Below are positions 49,159-62,960 of a stretch of 64,000 nt of DNA, piece after piece (position 1 is the first letter of the stretch; each line of letters starts with the position of its first letter). Origin of the DNA: Octopus sinensis (lineage: Eukaryota). The notes under the pieces were generated by a model. That model did not search any database. It was not told where the DNA came from and was given only the letters and a program-made list of their open reading frames with translations. The position numbers and the translations under genes are program-made. The stretch spans positions 100,192,001-100,256,000 of the forward strand of contig NC_043005.1 of NCBI RefSeq assembly GCF_006345805.1, read 5' to 3'.

Positions 49159-49859
49159 CAATGTTTAATGCAAATATAAAATTCATGTGAAAATATATAT
49201 ATATAAAGATATCCAAACATTTTGCTTTGTATACCAACATTTTTTTTTTTTTGGTGTACATAGCAAAATATCTACTCCGAATAGCAAACTGACAGCTTAC
49301 ACTTTCTAATGTTTTTGAAGTTCTCCTCAAAGTTCAAGAAACATTGGTCCCCTTGATACTAAGAAAAAATACATAACACCTGATGGCTACAGAAGAAAAA
49401 AATTTCTTTCTAGATTCCCACAGGTGGCCTAATTTGAATACTGATATAGGTTTGATAACTGTTACAAAATTGAGAAGACAACCGAAACACAACAGGAGAT
49501 AAGCACACCAAAGTGTATGAGCATGTGTATTGAAACACATATATAGCCGGGCTGTGGTAAGTAACTCAGGGAATATAATCCACGATTTCCCTGTGTGGTA
49601 TGAGTATCAAACTAACAGCACTGTTAGTGTATCAGCTTTACATCCTGAACCCCTGGGGTTTTAATAATGAAATTATTTATTAATTTTCCAAATGAACAAC
49701 AATATGCAAAATAGCTCCCTCTGTGTTTTAAGACATATTTTTTCTATATAGTTGTAAGCACTTTCTTCTTGGTATCATATCAGGGAAGTCGAAGAATTCT
49801 GAGAAAAACTTAAAACATTCATTAGGTCCAACCCATGTCAGCACGGAAAATGAACTCTC

Positions 49860-50256
49860 TCTCTTTTACTCTTTTACTTGTTTCAGTCATTTGACTGCGG
49901 CCATGCTGGAGCACCACCTGTAGTCGAGCAAATCAACCCCGGGACTTATTCTTTGTAAGTCCAGTACTTATTCTATCGGTCTCTTTTGCCGAACCGCTAA
50001 GTGATGGGGACGTAAACACACCAGTATCGGTTGTCAAGCAATGCTAGGGGGACAAACACAAACACACACACATATATATATATATACATATATACGACAG
50101 GCTTCTTTCAGTTTCCGTCTACCAAATCCACTCACAAGGCATTGGTCGGCCTGGGGCTATAGCAGAAGACACTTGCCCAAGATGCCACACAGTGGGACTG
50201 AACCTGGAACCATGTGGTTGGTTAGCAAGCTAGTACCACACAGCCACTCCTGCACT
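49860..50256 (-). mobile_element. SINE family A, full length
   Basis: Complete match. Confidence 0.9.
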
Positions 50257-50262
50257 TATTAA

Positions 50263-50482
50263 CCCTTTTGATACTCACCCGCCTTAAACCCCCTCTGGCT
50301 CTGTACTACAAATGTCTTGTTTTCACAAGTTTTGAATTAAAATCTTCCACCAAACCTTAATCACAATTTATGTTCCTAACACTGGCTTAATGATAACTAA
50401 GATATTTTACTAAATTCTTTATTATATTTAAAATTAATTGAAAGAAACAGAGCATCTCAGCAGAAGTATGATAACAAAATGG
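50263..50482. mobile_element. piggyBac-type MITE (reverse copy of 28650-28865)
   Basis: TTAA at 50259-62 and 50483-86; internal sequence matches the reverse complement of the first copy. Confidence 0.8.
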
Positions 50483-50488
50483 TTAAAT

Positions 50489-50890
50489 GAAGAAGAAGAA
50501 AAAGAAGAAGAAGAAGAAGAAGAAGAAGAAGAAGAAGAAGAAAAGAAGAAGAAAAAGAGAAGAAGAAAAAGAAGAAGAAGAAGAAAGGAGAAGAAGAAGA
50601 AGAAAAAGAAGAAGAAGAAAAAGAAAAAAAGAAGAAGAAGAAGAAGAAGAAGAAAAAAAGAAGAAGAAGAAGAAGAAGAAGAGAAAAAGAAGAAGAAAAA
50701 GAGAAGAAGAAGAAGAAGAAGAAGAAAAAAAAGAAAAGAAGAAGAAGAAGAAAGAAGAAAAAAAAAAAAAGAAGAAGAAGAAGAAGAAGAAGAAGAAGAA
50801 GAAGAAGAAGAAAAAAAAGAAGAAGAAGAGAAGAAGAAGAAGAAGAAGAAGAAGAAGAAGAAGAAGAAGAAGGACGAGGAGGAGGAGGAG
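50489..50890. repeat. ~400-bp imperfect (GAA)n polypurine tract ending in (GAG)n
   Basis: Directly visible. Confidence 0.95.
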
Positions 50891-51034
50891 CTATGCCCCG
50901 AGTTTATGGCACTTACCATTCTGCCAAGATTTAGAGCATATTCCATGAAAGATGACATGTTTCTGAAACCATCAACAACAATAACAACAATCGTAGAGGA
51001 AGAAGAGCTGGAATGTTGGGAGGAGGATGGATGC

Positions 51035-51203
51035 TAGTCAATTGCATCAACGACATTGCTTGAGTGCAGCTCATTTTATTGACCCTCAAACGGATGAAAG
51101 GTGAAGTGAAGCATGGTAGAATTTGAACTCAGAACTTAGGGCCAGAAGAAATGTAGCTAAGCATTTTGTCTGGCATGCTAATTAGTCTGTCAGCTCACTG
51201 CCT
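51035..51203 (-). mobile_element. SINE family B, decayed
   Basis: ttttattgaccctcaaacggatgaaagg..atttgaactcagaac. Confidence 0.7.
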
Positions 51204-51239
51204 TAATTATGACAATAATAATGATATTGATGATGATTG

Positions 51240-51930
51240 TTACCTCCGCCAAGGAAGGAGGTTATGTTTTCATCAGTGTTGGTTTGTCTGTCTGTCTGTC
51301 TGTGGGCAAAATAACTCAAAAAGTTGTGAATGGTATTTGATGAAACTTGCAGGAAAAGTTGTTAATGGAACAAGGAACAGATAATGAAATTTTGGTAGTG
51401 ATCCAGGAATTTTATGGATTCTTGAAGGATTTTTCCTTTGTTATATTTACTTTACATGAAGTATTACAATGTTATGTTCTTTGATTATCTCCCCTGAAAA
51501 CACGTTCATCGTTTCCACTTAAACTATGGTGGCGTTGCTGTTTCCAAAGTTTATTTTCGTTTCTCTATTAGTAATTTTACTTGTGTATCTATCTTAAAAT
51601 AAGCTGCCTGGTAGAGGTCTGCGGAGGATGACATGACAAGCCTTGACAATTAGGATTGACTCAAAAATCTCAGGCTTTGCTCCCTCCACCACTGCTGTGA
51701 AACTAGCTTGCTGTTGTCATTGATGTATTATAACTGCTTCAGATGATTCCTGTTTTTAAAGGGTTTTTTTTAAAAATCACATGGCTGTGTTATTTTTTTT
51801 TAACGCTGCCAAGGAGGTTATATTTTTGCCAGCGTGGGTTTGGGAAATTGGGCGATTTTCAGCATGCATGTATATGGGTGGGAATGAACTGCTCGGTGGA
51901 GGTCTGCACTCTCCGAGTGCTTTTCTAGTT
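51240..51930 (+). mobile_element. Helentron-associated (HINE/DINE-1-like) element(s): units ~51240-51622 and ~51800-51930
   Basis: 5' ttacctccgccaagg, (gtct)n microsatellite, 3' inverted ctcggtggaggt, hairpin gcactc-tcc-gagtgc and tttctagtt end. Confidence 0.75.
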
Positions 51931-52449
51931 CTCTATGTGTCCACTGACTAACAGAGTACAGATCAAATTAACACCAGATAGATTCAGCCTCTTCTACACA
52001 CATAAAAAGTAACAAACAATACAAATGAAAACTAGTTTATGCTTCAGCCAAAGGTTAACAGGGTTGAATGTAACTTGTATCTGATGTACAATAAGCATGA
52101 AAAATGGACTGGGCAAAATTCTTCTAAGCTAGAAACAGAAAGTAGTACATGATGCAAATGATAATTTAGATACAGGATAGAACTGTGCTCCTTAATTCTT
52201 ACAAATGGCATCGAAAATGCTTAAGTGAACATGACAGGAATATGTTTACCATTTCTATGAATATTTTACACTCAGCTTAGACGAAATTTGGAGAGAAATT
52301 ATACTTTGGATCACAACTGACTGGCTAATTTGATAAAGACATATACTCATAAAGAAACAAGCGCCACATATAGAAAGCGAAATTATATCAGAGAGCATAC
52401 ACATAGTGTAATGTGTGCTGAATGTGAGCTGTGAAAATATTCAGTATAT

Positions 52450-52627
52450 AGGTGCAGGTATGGCTGTGTGGTAAGAAGCTTGCTCCTCAACCACATGGTT
52501 CTGGGATCTGTCCCACTGTGGAGCACCTTGGGCAAGCGTCTTCTACTATAGCCTCAGGGCAACCAAAGCCTTGTGAGTGGATTTGGTAGGTGGAAACTGA
52601 AAGAAACCCATTGTGTATGTATGTATG

Positions 52628-52671
<44 letters not shown>

Positions 52672-52895
52672 TATATATATGTGTGTGTGTGTGTACAGGT
52701 CTTTGTGTCTGTGTTTGTCCATTGCTTGACAACAGATGTTGGTGTGTTTACATCCCTGTAACTTAGCAGTTTAGCAAAATGGACTGACAGAATAAATACT
52801 AGGTTTACAAAGGATATTCCTGGGTCGATCTCTTTGACTAAAACCCTTAAAGGTGGTGGTCAAATGACTGAAACATGTAAATGAGTAAAAGAATT
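52450..52895 (+). mobile_element. SINE family A, full length
   Basis: Complete match. Confidence 0.85.
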
Positions 52896-53489
52896 AAAGA
52901 ATTCTTTTATGTAAGTTCATTCCACTTTGTGTTTATAATATTTTAGCTTCAGCCTTTGACTTGCACATAAGTTCCATGTTGGTTTTCATGAATACTGTTT
53001 GGAATTTTGCCTGCAGTTGCATTTAAATAAACACATTTAACTGAAATAATCTCTATTATTGTTTGAGAGCATTCTGAAAATGTAACAATGTATTTCTATG
53101 ATTTATGCTTGGCACAAACGGACCAATCTGCACTTCTAAATCACCAGTCCTAATTGACTGATAATGTATGCAGCATCTAATGTGAATTAGAATTAGAGAA
53201 AGCCGTGTATATATAAATGTTCTACTCACTCAAGAAGGTGTGTGCATATATATTCATGAGAGTGGATCAACCTTGGTATGTTTATTTTGTAGCAGAATCC
53301 TGCTCAAGCACTCATGTTTTATTCATGCATGATTTCATCAATGTCTATTACAATGCCAATATTCATATGGGCTGAGGAGTGAAACAACCAATCTATCAAA
53401 GACATTCGGTCATTTGGTGGATGCCTGTGCATGAACATGTGGCACATTGAATTTCAAGCCCTGAGTAAGGTTTAGAAGACAAATTATAT

Positions 53490-53868
53490 ACTCTTTTACT
53501 TGTTTCAGTCATTTGACTGTGGCCATGCTGGAGCACCGCCTTTAGTCGAGCAAATCGACCCCAGGACTTATTCTTTGGAAGCCTAGTACTTATTCTATCA
53601 GTTCTTTTTGCCAAACCGCTAAGTTACGGAGACGTAAACACACCAGCATCGGTTGTCAAGCGATGTTGGGGGGACAAACACAGACACATAAACACGCACA
53701 CACATATATATATACATATACACGATGGGCTTCCTTCAGTTTCCGTCTACCAAATCCACTCACAAGGCTTTGGTTGGCCCGAGGTTATAGTAGAAGACTC
53801 TTGCGCAAGATGTCATGCAGTGGGACTGAACCCGGAACCATGTGGTTGGTAAGCAAGCTACTTACCAC
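53490..53868 (-). mobile_element. SINE family A, nearly full length
   Basis: Match up to gctacttaccac. Confidence 0.9.
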
Positions 53869-54599
53869 TTTCTTGTGTATTTGGTAGTGATTTATCTATT
53901 ATTACACACAGTAGCTAACGTGTGCAAAAACACACAAGTAAATTAATAAAAATGCAAAATGAACTAAAAACCTTGATTGCCAAAAGAAAATTTGTCATAT
54001 CAAAACTAAACTTGATTAACACAAACACAGATATAAACGAAAAGGAATTTGAGAAAAGTTGAAGAATGGATAATTCTAAAGCTAGAAATTATGACAATGA
54101 TCGAAATGTGTAAATAGTTAAGGAATTTGAATAATTAGTAAATTTTCCTTAGGACCAATGAGAGATAAATAGCAACAATAATTAAACATGTAAACTTAGC
54201 CCCGACAGACTTCATATACGTTGCTGCACTTCACAGAAGGGAAACATATTCCATATCACTAAGATAAACCAAACAATATATGTAATAGTTGACAAAGGGA
54301 AGTTGATGTTGTCTCAGATCTTCTCATGTTGGAATATAAAAACACAACCAAAAAATATATAAAACATACAGTAAGAAGATAATAAATAAATAAAATGATT
54401 TAGATTCTTGAATCTAAATTAAATCAATAATAATAAAAAGACACAACTGACAAAAAAATTTTTCTGAATAAAAAAAGAGACAAATACCATAGAAATACAG
54501 CTAAACAAATAAAGAAAAATATATAAAACCAAAGAACGCCTGAAACAAAAGATCCTCGTTAATCACAAAGAATTTGTTGGTATGAAAAGCAACAACAAT

Positions 54600-56480
54600 T
54601 GTTTGAACAAAGCAGTTTGACTTTAATTTTTTTCTTGTTCTTCATAAAATTGTTTTAGGTTAAATAGATATCGATGTAACACCAGCAGCCAAAGAAGTAG
54701 AAGAATTCTGGGGAGAAGAATTGCGGACAGCAAAAGATTGACAATGAAGACTATTCAAAATAACAAACAGCAGTTGCAGGAGACATTGTCAACTCGAGTA
54801 ATAGCAAAGATAAAAAGTAATCAGCTGGAAGGCAGTAGGAAATGATAAAATCCCAAACTTTCAGCTACAATACTTAACAAAGAAATATTCCAGCAAAAAC
54901 ATGTTAAAATAACTAGAAAAATATATGACTGGCACACTGAGGGGAAACTGACTTAATCTCCAAATATAAAGAAACAGCAAACTCTAAAATGTGCTTCTCT
55001 TCAAACATCTTATACAACCTTACCTTAAATAAAAGTATAGACAACTAGAAACACTGCTACATAAAGTACACATTAACACTGCTACATAAAGTACACATTA
55101 ACACTGCTACAAGCAGTTTTACTAGAGGAACTAACATATAATTCAGGTTGGTAAAGTAGAGAAAAAATAAGAATTTTGAACAGGGAAAAATTGAGAAAAC
55201 TAACATCATGTTGCATACAGAAACAGAGATAAAACTTAACCTTTAATGAAATGCATAGAACACAAAACACAGAAATGAAAGTATAGGCTAGGAAGGGAAA
55301 ATCCAGATACGTTGGATTAATACTTAAAGTAGACGTAAAGGAAAAAAAAAGCTGATAGGCATCAATACCATAGCTTGTCTTGTAATGATTCATAATTACA
55401 TTATTTTAAGCTAGATACTGAATAAATTAACAAGACTAAACAGAGCACACGCCCACCACCTTTAAATAATAACCATATTTAAAATGCATCACCTAAATTT
55501 TGAAACAGGAAGATTATGTTTACCCTAAATACAGAAAGGTATGGCTTTCTGTAAGTTGAAAACTTTTGGAATTCCTCTGATATGTAACTACAGAAATATC
55601 TAGTGTAGAATAATAGAAACCTAATACAAATAACTACAAAATGTGTTGGTTCTTCTTTGGTAGTTATGAAGACAAGGGACAACCAACAACAGAAATGGTA
55701 AAAAAAAAAAAGGTATAAATTAAGCTAAAGTTAGTGTTCTAAAACCTCACACTAAAACAATGGTGACAAAATCCACTTCTGCATGCCCAGTATCTTAAGT
55801 AAGTAAAATAAAATAACCAAATATGGTGCTAATAGATGAATAAAAGTCATAACACAGACCGAGATACTCAGGGCTCAAAGCTGAAACTGAAAAAATTGTT
55901 AGACCCTACTTCACAGCAGAAGTCACCGAAAGGTGAATGCCTGACTACAAACAACTATAAAAGCAAAATAATGAAAACAGACCCTAACACCAAATGCAGA
56001 ATGTGCAACCAGCACAATGAGAAGGTTGACCACATCTCTGGCTGTCCAGTCCTTGTGGCAAATCTGAATATATATACAGACATGACTGAGTAAGTAATTA
56101 TATCCATTGAACCACGTGTGAGCACTACAACATAAAAATTAACAATAAATGGTATAAACACGTGCCAAACAAGGTACCAAACAATGACCAGGAGACAAGC
56201 ATCTGGGACATGCCTGTTCAACTTGACAAAGAAATAAAAGCAATCCCACACACATAATAATCTAGGATTGGGGAAGAAACACATCAGCTTACTGATAGAC
56301 ATTGCAGTCCATTCTGACCAAAATATTTCCCAAAAAGAAGTGGGGAAATTGTTGAAGTACAAAGACCTTGAAATTGAAGTATTGAAGATGTGGGGCATGA
56401 AGGTGAAAACAATACCAGAGATAACTAGAACTGTTAGCATGATAAAAAAGCATATGAAAAATGTGTAGAAGCTATGCCTG
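54600..56480 (+). pseudogene. Decayed RLE-type (R4/Dong-like) LINE
   Basis: IDVTPAAKEVEEFWG; KLIGINTIA; CCHC knuckle KCRMCNQHNEKVDHISGCPVL; endonuclease LLIDIAVHSDQNISQKEVGKLLKYKDLEIEVLKMWGMKVKTIP; the 5' part is heavily degraded. Confidence 0.8.
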
Positions 56481-56864
56481 CCCCTCAATATTACCCACTA
56501 TCCAAAAAATTTGTGTATGTGTAAACTTGTGTCCGGCTAGGAAAAGCCCACATCCTATGTAAGACACTACCAATTCAATAATACAACTCAGACAAAACAA
56601 TCTACAAAACAAGACATGCTCTATATAGCAAATATCCAATAAAATAAACAATGTCCAGCAGGCTAATTACCCAATAGAAGAACATAATTCACATTACACA
56701 TACAACACACGTTACAAACACTAATACAACAAAAGACTGCACCAGACCTCATAACAAAAGAAACTGATACAACACAACACCAGGAAAAGATTGCACTCCG
56801 CTAACAAACAAAAAAGAACATACAATGCTGCACACTCCCCAGCAAATTTACACACAAGGCCACC

Positions 56865-57040
56865 AGTTTTGAGAGGAGAGCATAAGTTGATATCATTAGC
56901 CCCTGCACTTAAATTGGTACTTTATATTTACTGACCCCTCAAAAAAGAAAGAAGAAAGACAAAGTTGAATTAAGTGGGATTTGAACTCAGAACCTGAAGT
57001 GCCAGAGCAAATACCACAAGGCATTTATTCTGGCATGCAG
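56865..57040 (-). mobile_element. SINE family B, decayed
   Basis: aattggtactttatatttactgacccc..atttgaactcagaac. Confidence 0.6.
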
Positions 57041-57189
57041 CATATATGTGGAATTATTGAAGAGGGGAGATGCACAGTTACTATACTGAACACCAGGTTA
57101 TTATTAGTACTACTAGTATGATCAATTTCAAAACATGAGAAGTCAGCTTAGACCAAACTGGATAAGAACTCAAATAAGTTAACTTAATC

Positions 57190-57455
57190 TGTTATCTTTT
57201 AGTTTTAGCTTGTTTCAGTCAGTGATACTGCAGCCATGCTGGAGCACCACCTTGAACAATTTTAGTCAAATACCTTGGCCCAGTATGTATTATATCTTCT
57301 AAGCATGGTATATTTTCTATTGGTCTCTTTTGCCAAACTGTTAAGTTATGGGGACATGTACACTCCGATATCAGTTCTCAGGTGGTGATGGAGGGCAAAC
57401 ACAGACACAGAGACTCACACAAAGATGTATGTATGTATGTATGTATGTATGTATG

Positions 57456-57487
<32 letters not shown>

Positions 57488-57750
57488 TGTATGTATGTAT
57501 GTATGTATGTATGTATGTATGTATGTAGCACACACATACACAAATACACAGACTCAAACACACACACATGCATACAAACACACACACATGCACATGCACA
57601 AGATGGGCTTCTTTCACTTTCCGTCTACCAAATTCACTCACAAAGGCTTTGATTAGCCTGAAGCCATAGTAGAAGACACTTGCCCAAGGTGCTTTGCGGT
57701 GGGACTGAACCCAGAATTATGATGTTAAGAAGCAAACTTCTTACCACACA
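57190..57750 (-). mobile_element. SINE family A with an expanded (TATG)n
   Basis: Both halves present around a (tatg)n/(ca)n tract. Confidence 0.85.
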
Positions 57751-58059
57751 ATGCACACCACCTTCGATGGTGGGGATGGTGGCAGTCATGGTGGAGATGG
57801 TGGTGGTGGTGGTGTTTTCTCATGATAGTGGTGTTGATGGTGGAAGATGATGGTAATAACAAAAGTAATGCCATGGAAAGAAATAAAGAATTATTAGAAA
57901 TAAAAATGTAGAAAGGTAGAGAGGAGAAGGTGGAGGGGAGCAAATGAGGCAGAGGTAGAGGAATTATTTCTTGAATGAGTGAAATGTAAGGTGAGGACAG
58001 GAGGAAATTGAATAGGTAAGAATTGTCGATATATGTTGCCAGTGAAAATGATATACAGA

Positions 58060-58110
58060 TGTATGTGTATGTGTGTGGGGGTATATGTAAATATATATAT
58101 GTGTGTATAT

Positions 58111-58141
<31 letters not shown>

Positions 58142-58420
58142 CACACACATATATACATACATATATATATACATATATACATACACATATACATATGTAT
58201 ATATATACATACATACACATATACATATATATACATGCAAAGACATACATACATATATGTATGTATATGTACATGCACACACACATATATATATATATAC
58301 ATACACACACACACACACATATATATAAATATATATATATATACACATCCATACACACACACACATATACATACATATATTTATATATACAGATACATAT
58401 ATAGAATACGTACAGAGAGA
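58060..58420. repeat. Compound (TA)/(CA) microsatellite
   Basis: Directly visible. Confidence 0.95.
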
Positions 58421-58570
58421 GAAAGTGATGCATGAGGAGAGAGAGAGTTACACGAGGAAATGGTGAATAAAAAAGATATAAATGAATTAAATATTTAAAT
58501 AAAATACATCTTTCTTTTAATATGTGTTTCCTGCGTATTGTCTCATTTAGGTGGAGAAATAGTGATAAGA

Positions 58571-58614
<44 letters not shown>

Positions 58615-58719
58615 TTGTATGTGCGCATATGTGTGTCTTCAAAACACATACAAATATAGGTGTGCCCCACAAAGGCACATATGGACACAATGCTATATGC
58701 AGAGAGATTGAGAAAAGAC

Positions 58720-58755
<36 letters not shown>

Positions 58756-59039
58756 GTACAAAAGAGTGGCATGTAACATGACGATTATAATGATGATGAT
58801 GTAATGATGATAATGATTATGATGATGGGGATAGAGATGGTGTCAGCAGTGAAAATAATATATATTTATTAAATTTCAACATATAGACAGTTTGAATTGA
58901 CAAGGTATATTAATATACTCACACATACACATATATACATACACATATTTATAAATATATATGTATAAATATAACTGCGAAAGCTCACATATACATATGT
59001 GCACACACATAGATGCATCTGCTAAACAGTTATCCAAGG

Positions 59040-59306
59040 ATCTATCTATCTATTTATCAATCTATCTACCTATCTGTCTCTCAATTTCTTTATCTATCTA
59101 TCTATCTGTCTGTCTCTCTGCATGCCTGTCTGTATGTCTGTCTATTTAACAATCTACCTATCTGTCAATTTCTTTATATACCTACCTACCTACCTCCCTA
59201 TCTATCTTTCTATCTTTCTATCTATCTATCTATTTATCAATAACTATCTATCTATATCTATCTAGCGATACCTATCTATCTTTCTATCTATCTATCTCCC
59301 TTTCTA

Positions 59307-59337
<31 letters not shown>

Positions 59338-59520
59338 GTCTGTCTATCTATCTATCTATCTATCTATCTGCCTATATATCTATCTATCTATCTATCTATC
59401 TTTCTAGTTATCTATCTATCTATATCTATCTATCTATCTATCTATATATATCTATCTACCTATCTATATATATCTATCTACCTATCTACCTATCTATCTA
59501 TCTATCTATATATATATCTA
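59040..59520. repeat. Long imperfect (TATC)n / (GATA)n tract
   Basis: Directly visible. Confidence 0.95.
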
Positions 59521-60536
59521 CCTACACCCTACCCTGCTTATCTAGCAACCCACTCAACTCTCCAAAACTATTGTCTATCTATCCATCAACACATCAATCT
59601 ATTAAACTATCTCAGGTAAACAAAATCAAACACAAAATTGAAAATATTTTGATTTAAAATCAAATTTGTAGATAGTTTCGAAACATTGTATGTGAGTGTG
59701 TATAAGTTTTGTGTGGAGGGAGGGGGGGGCGAAGGAGAAAGGAGGAGGCGGGGGTGGGGTGGGAGAAAAAGACATTCTGATTTATTTATTTATTTATTTA
59801 TTTATTGCTAAATTGTGTTAAGAAATAGATTTTTGTTTCAAAGTTAAATGATGCATTACATCAAAGGCTGCTATATTGACAAACATCTCTGTATTCAATA
59901 TGTTATATCGCTATGTATTCTATACTTTCACACAACAACAACAACAACAACAACAAAAATAACAAAGATTTAGTAAGTTCATACAAGTGTGGCCTTTTCC
60001 TAGTTGCTGTTGTTGTTGTTGTTTTTCTGAGGGTGGAGTGTGTATTACTTTGTCATAGCTTATATTGTTATATTGTAGAATTCTTGGTTTGTACATTCAT
60101 TTGCTATTATTTCTTTCCTTTAATATCGGAACTGCCATTCTCGATAATGCAGTTATTCCAGCCTGAGCCGATGCTGATGGCAATAAAAGCCAGCAAACTT
60201 ATAAAATAACACTTAAATATTCTGCTGTAGTTACCGGCGCTTTTGCAATCTAAGAAGCGTCCCTGAAGTATATGCAGCGAATATCTTTAGCAGCTGCTGA
60301 AGTTTAGACAAACTTTTCTCATTGAGCAACATTTTAACAAAATGTCTCGCGAGCATAGAACAACACAAAAACAGGCCCAAAACATATACAGGATTAGATA
60401 TACACGTATATAGACACACATTTACATGCACTCGTACATCTCTCTCTCTCTCTCTGCATATATATATGTATATATATATATATACACATACACACACACA
60501 CCACACACACATATATATATATATATATCTACACAT

Positions 60537-60571
<35 letters not shown>

Positions 60572-60600
60572 CATATATATACATATACATATATATATAC

Positions 60601-60649
<49 letters not shown>

Positions 60650-60718
60650 TATATATATACATATACACACATATATATATATATATACATATACACATAT
60701 ATATATATATATACACAT

Positions 60719-60758
<40 letters not shown>

Positions 60759-62769
60759 TTGTAACTGAAGTGATTCCTTTATATGTATATGTGTGTGTGT
60801 GTGTGTGTGTGTATAATACAACCGCATGTAATAATAGAATAAAAACAGAACAATGGAAAATGAAAGGAAATATCGTAAATGGATTTTACGTCTCAATAAC
60901 TACTAAATCTATTATGAAATACTTTCCTTGATTAGTGTATATATACACATTCCACAGATTTGATGTATACACACCTGAAAGTTAGGGCTTTGAGAATTAA
61001 CATAGTAATATCTTAGACAATATAGACATGGTATTTTTTTTGTTTTGTTTTCCTCTTTTTCTCCAATATTTAAATATTGGTCACTCTCTCACTCTCTCTT
61101 GCTCTCTCTCTCACCCTCTCTACCTCTCTCTCGCTTCTCATCTCTCATTATTGCTTCATCTTGTTGACCGACCTTTATTCAAAACATGTAACCTATCTAT
61201 ATGGAATATGTATCATGATCTGCTTTATTCAGCATTATTGCCCATAACTGAGGTTGCGCTGATGGTGGTGGTGGTGACACAATTTATATATTACTACTCG
61301 ATATGTTTCAACTATCACAATGAATATTTATGTTGATAAAAAATATAAACATTTAAAATGTATGTTTATGAAATATATAGCATTCTGGGTATTGATGAAA
61401 TAAGAGAAGAGTGAAAAGATGCTACTTTAACTGGTTCAAATCTCTTTCTCTCTCGCCTTCTCTTTTCCTCTCTTTTCCAGTCTCTTTGTAATATTATAAA
61501 CAAAATGATATAAATGATTTCCCCCTTAATTTACTCTAGGCAAGCAGGGCTATCATCAAAGACATTCCATCCATAAACATCCCTGTCATGTAACATTTTC
61601 CAATGTGACTTCCCTTTAGTTAATATGTTAAGGTGTAGTTTGAGAGAAATTTTGCTGCTATTTCTAGTGAGACCAATAACTATGTACAGTTACTTGTATT
61701 GAACTTGAGGAACAAATGTTATGAAGACATGGAAAATGATGTGAATGATGAAGAACAGGGAGGCAGGAGAGGAGGGAATGTTGGATAAGAAATATGCAAT
61801 GTAAAAACAGGTAAATGTGAATTATATGAGCTGGAGACTCTTTATAAATGAAATACAAGATGTAGAATGTTGTGCGTGAAATATGAGCTGTAGAGACTGT
61901 TGGATGTGAAATATAACATGTAGAAAATGCTGGATATGAAATATCTCTATTTTCCTTTCACATTTTAATGTCCACTTTTCAAGGCTTCTTTTATGAGTCA
62001 GGTGGAGCTTATTGCAGCAGATTCTCTACAGTCGGATGCTCTTCCTGTCACAAACCTTTACTTGTTATCAAGCAAAGTGATATATAGATATTAATTCTGG
62101 GCTGTTATTTTAAAATAATTTTAAGGGTAACAACAGAATATTTAACGGTAGCGGGGAGATAAGGCACTAAAATTAGAATCAGATTTGTAAAAATTATTTT
62201 AATTTGAGGACTCTTAATGGGTTGGCCAACAAGTATCTCTCTCTTTTTTTCTCTCTCTCCCTTTCTCTCTCCTAGTTTTTCTCTCTCTCTGGTTAAATGG
62301 GTAAGTCATTAGGTGAAACTGGAAATCTCAGTCAAAACTAATGCTTTTACACACACACAAACTCAATCATTCACACACGATTTGTCCAAAGGCTATATTT
62401 TCACTACTAGGCTAAATATATATTTATTAACCACACTGTAAACAACTTCCGGCCACATATTTATTCATAAACCCAGCTATATTAATGTCAATGTCTGCAG
62501 TTATTAATACCTAGCTGTCAATCTATAGATTTCCTTTGGTTTGTCATAATTTTGCTTATATACACTCCTTATAGAGAGTTGTATTCTTCTTAATCCACGC
62601 AGTTAGTGAGGAGAGGTAAAGGAGTAGTGATGAGGTTTTAATGGAAGATGAAATTTGTCAATTTTGTATTCTCTTCTGGCTACAATAGACCCAGCGGATA
62701 ATCCACAGAATCTACTGAGGTGACTCCACATATTTGCTTATTGAATATATTGCACATCATTATTGTCAT

Positions 62770-62960
62770 CATCATCATCATCGTTTACCGTCCGCTTTCC
62801 ATGCTAGCATGGGTTGGATGATTTGACTGAGGACTGATGAACCAGATGGCTGCACCAGGCTCCAATCTTGATCTGGCAGAGTTTCTACAGCTGGATGCCC
62901 TTCCTAACGTCAACCACTCCGAGAGTGTAGTGGGTGCTTTTACGTGCCGCCGGCATGAGA
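62770..62960 (-). mobile_element. Family D 3' end
   Basis: (cat)n cgtttaccgtccgctttccatgctagcatgggttgg..ctggatgcccttcctaacgtcaaccactccgagag. Confidence 0.85.

Noticed and set aside
50434-51037. 199-aa E/K/R-rich ORF and overlapping ORFs
   Set aside because: Translation of the (GAA)n tract; it starts inside a MITE and is open in several frames.
53280-53470. Possible exon after ttttgtAG
   Set aside because: All frames stop before the candidate donor.
59040-59520. (GATA)n tract as a sex-linked or Bkm-type functional element
   Set aside because: Nothing in the sequence distinguishes it from the many other simple repeats here.
57725-60896. ORFs of 200-264 aa
   Set aside because: Almost entirely (TA)/(CA)/(TG) repeats.
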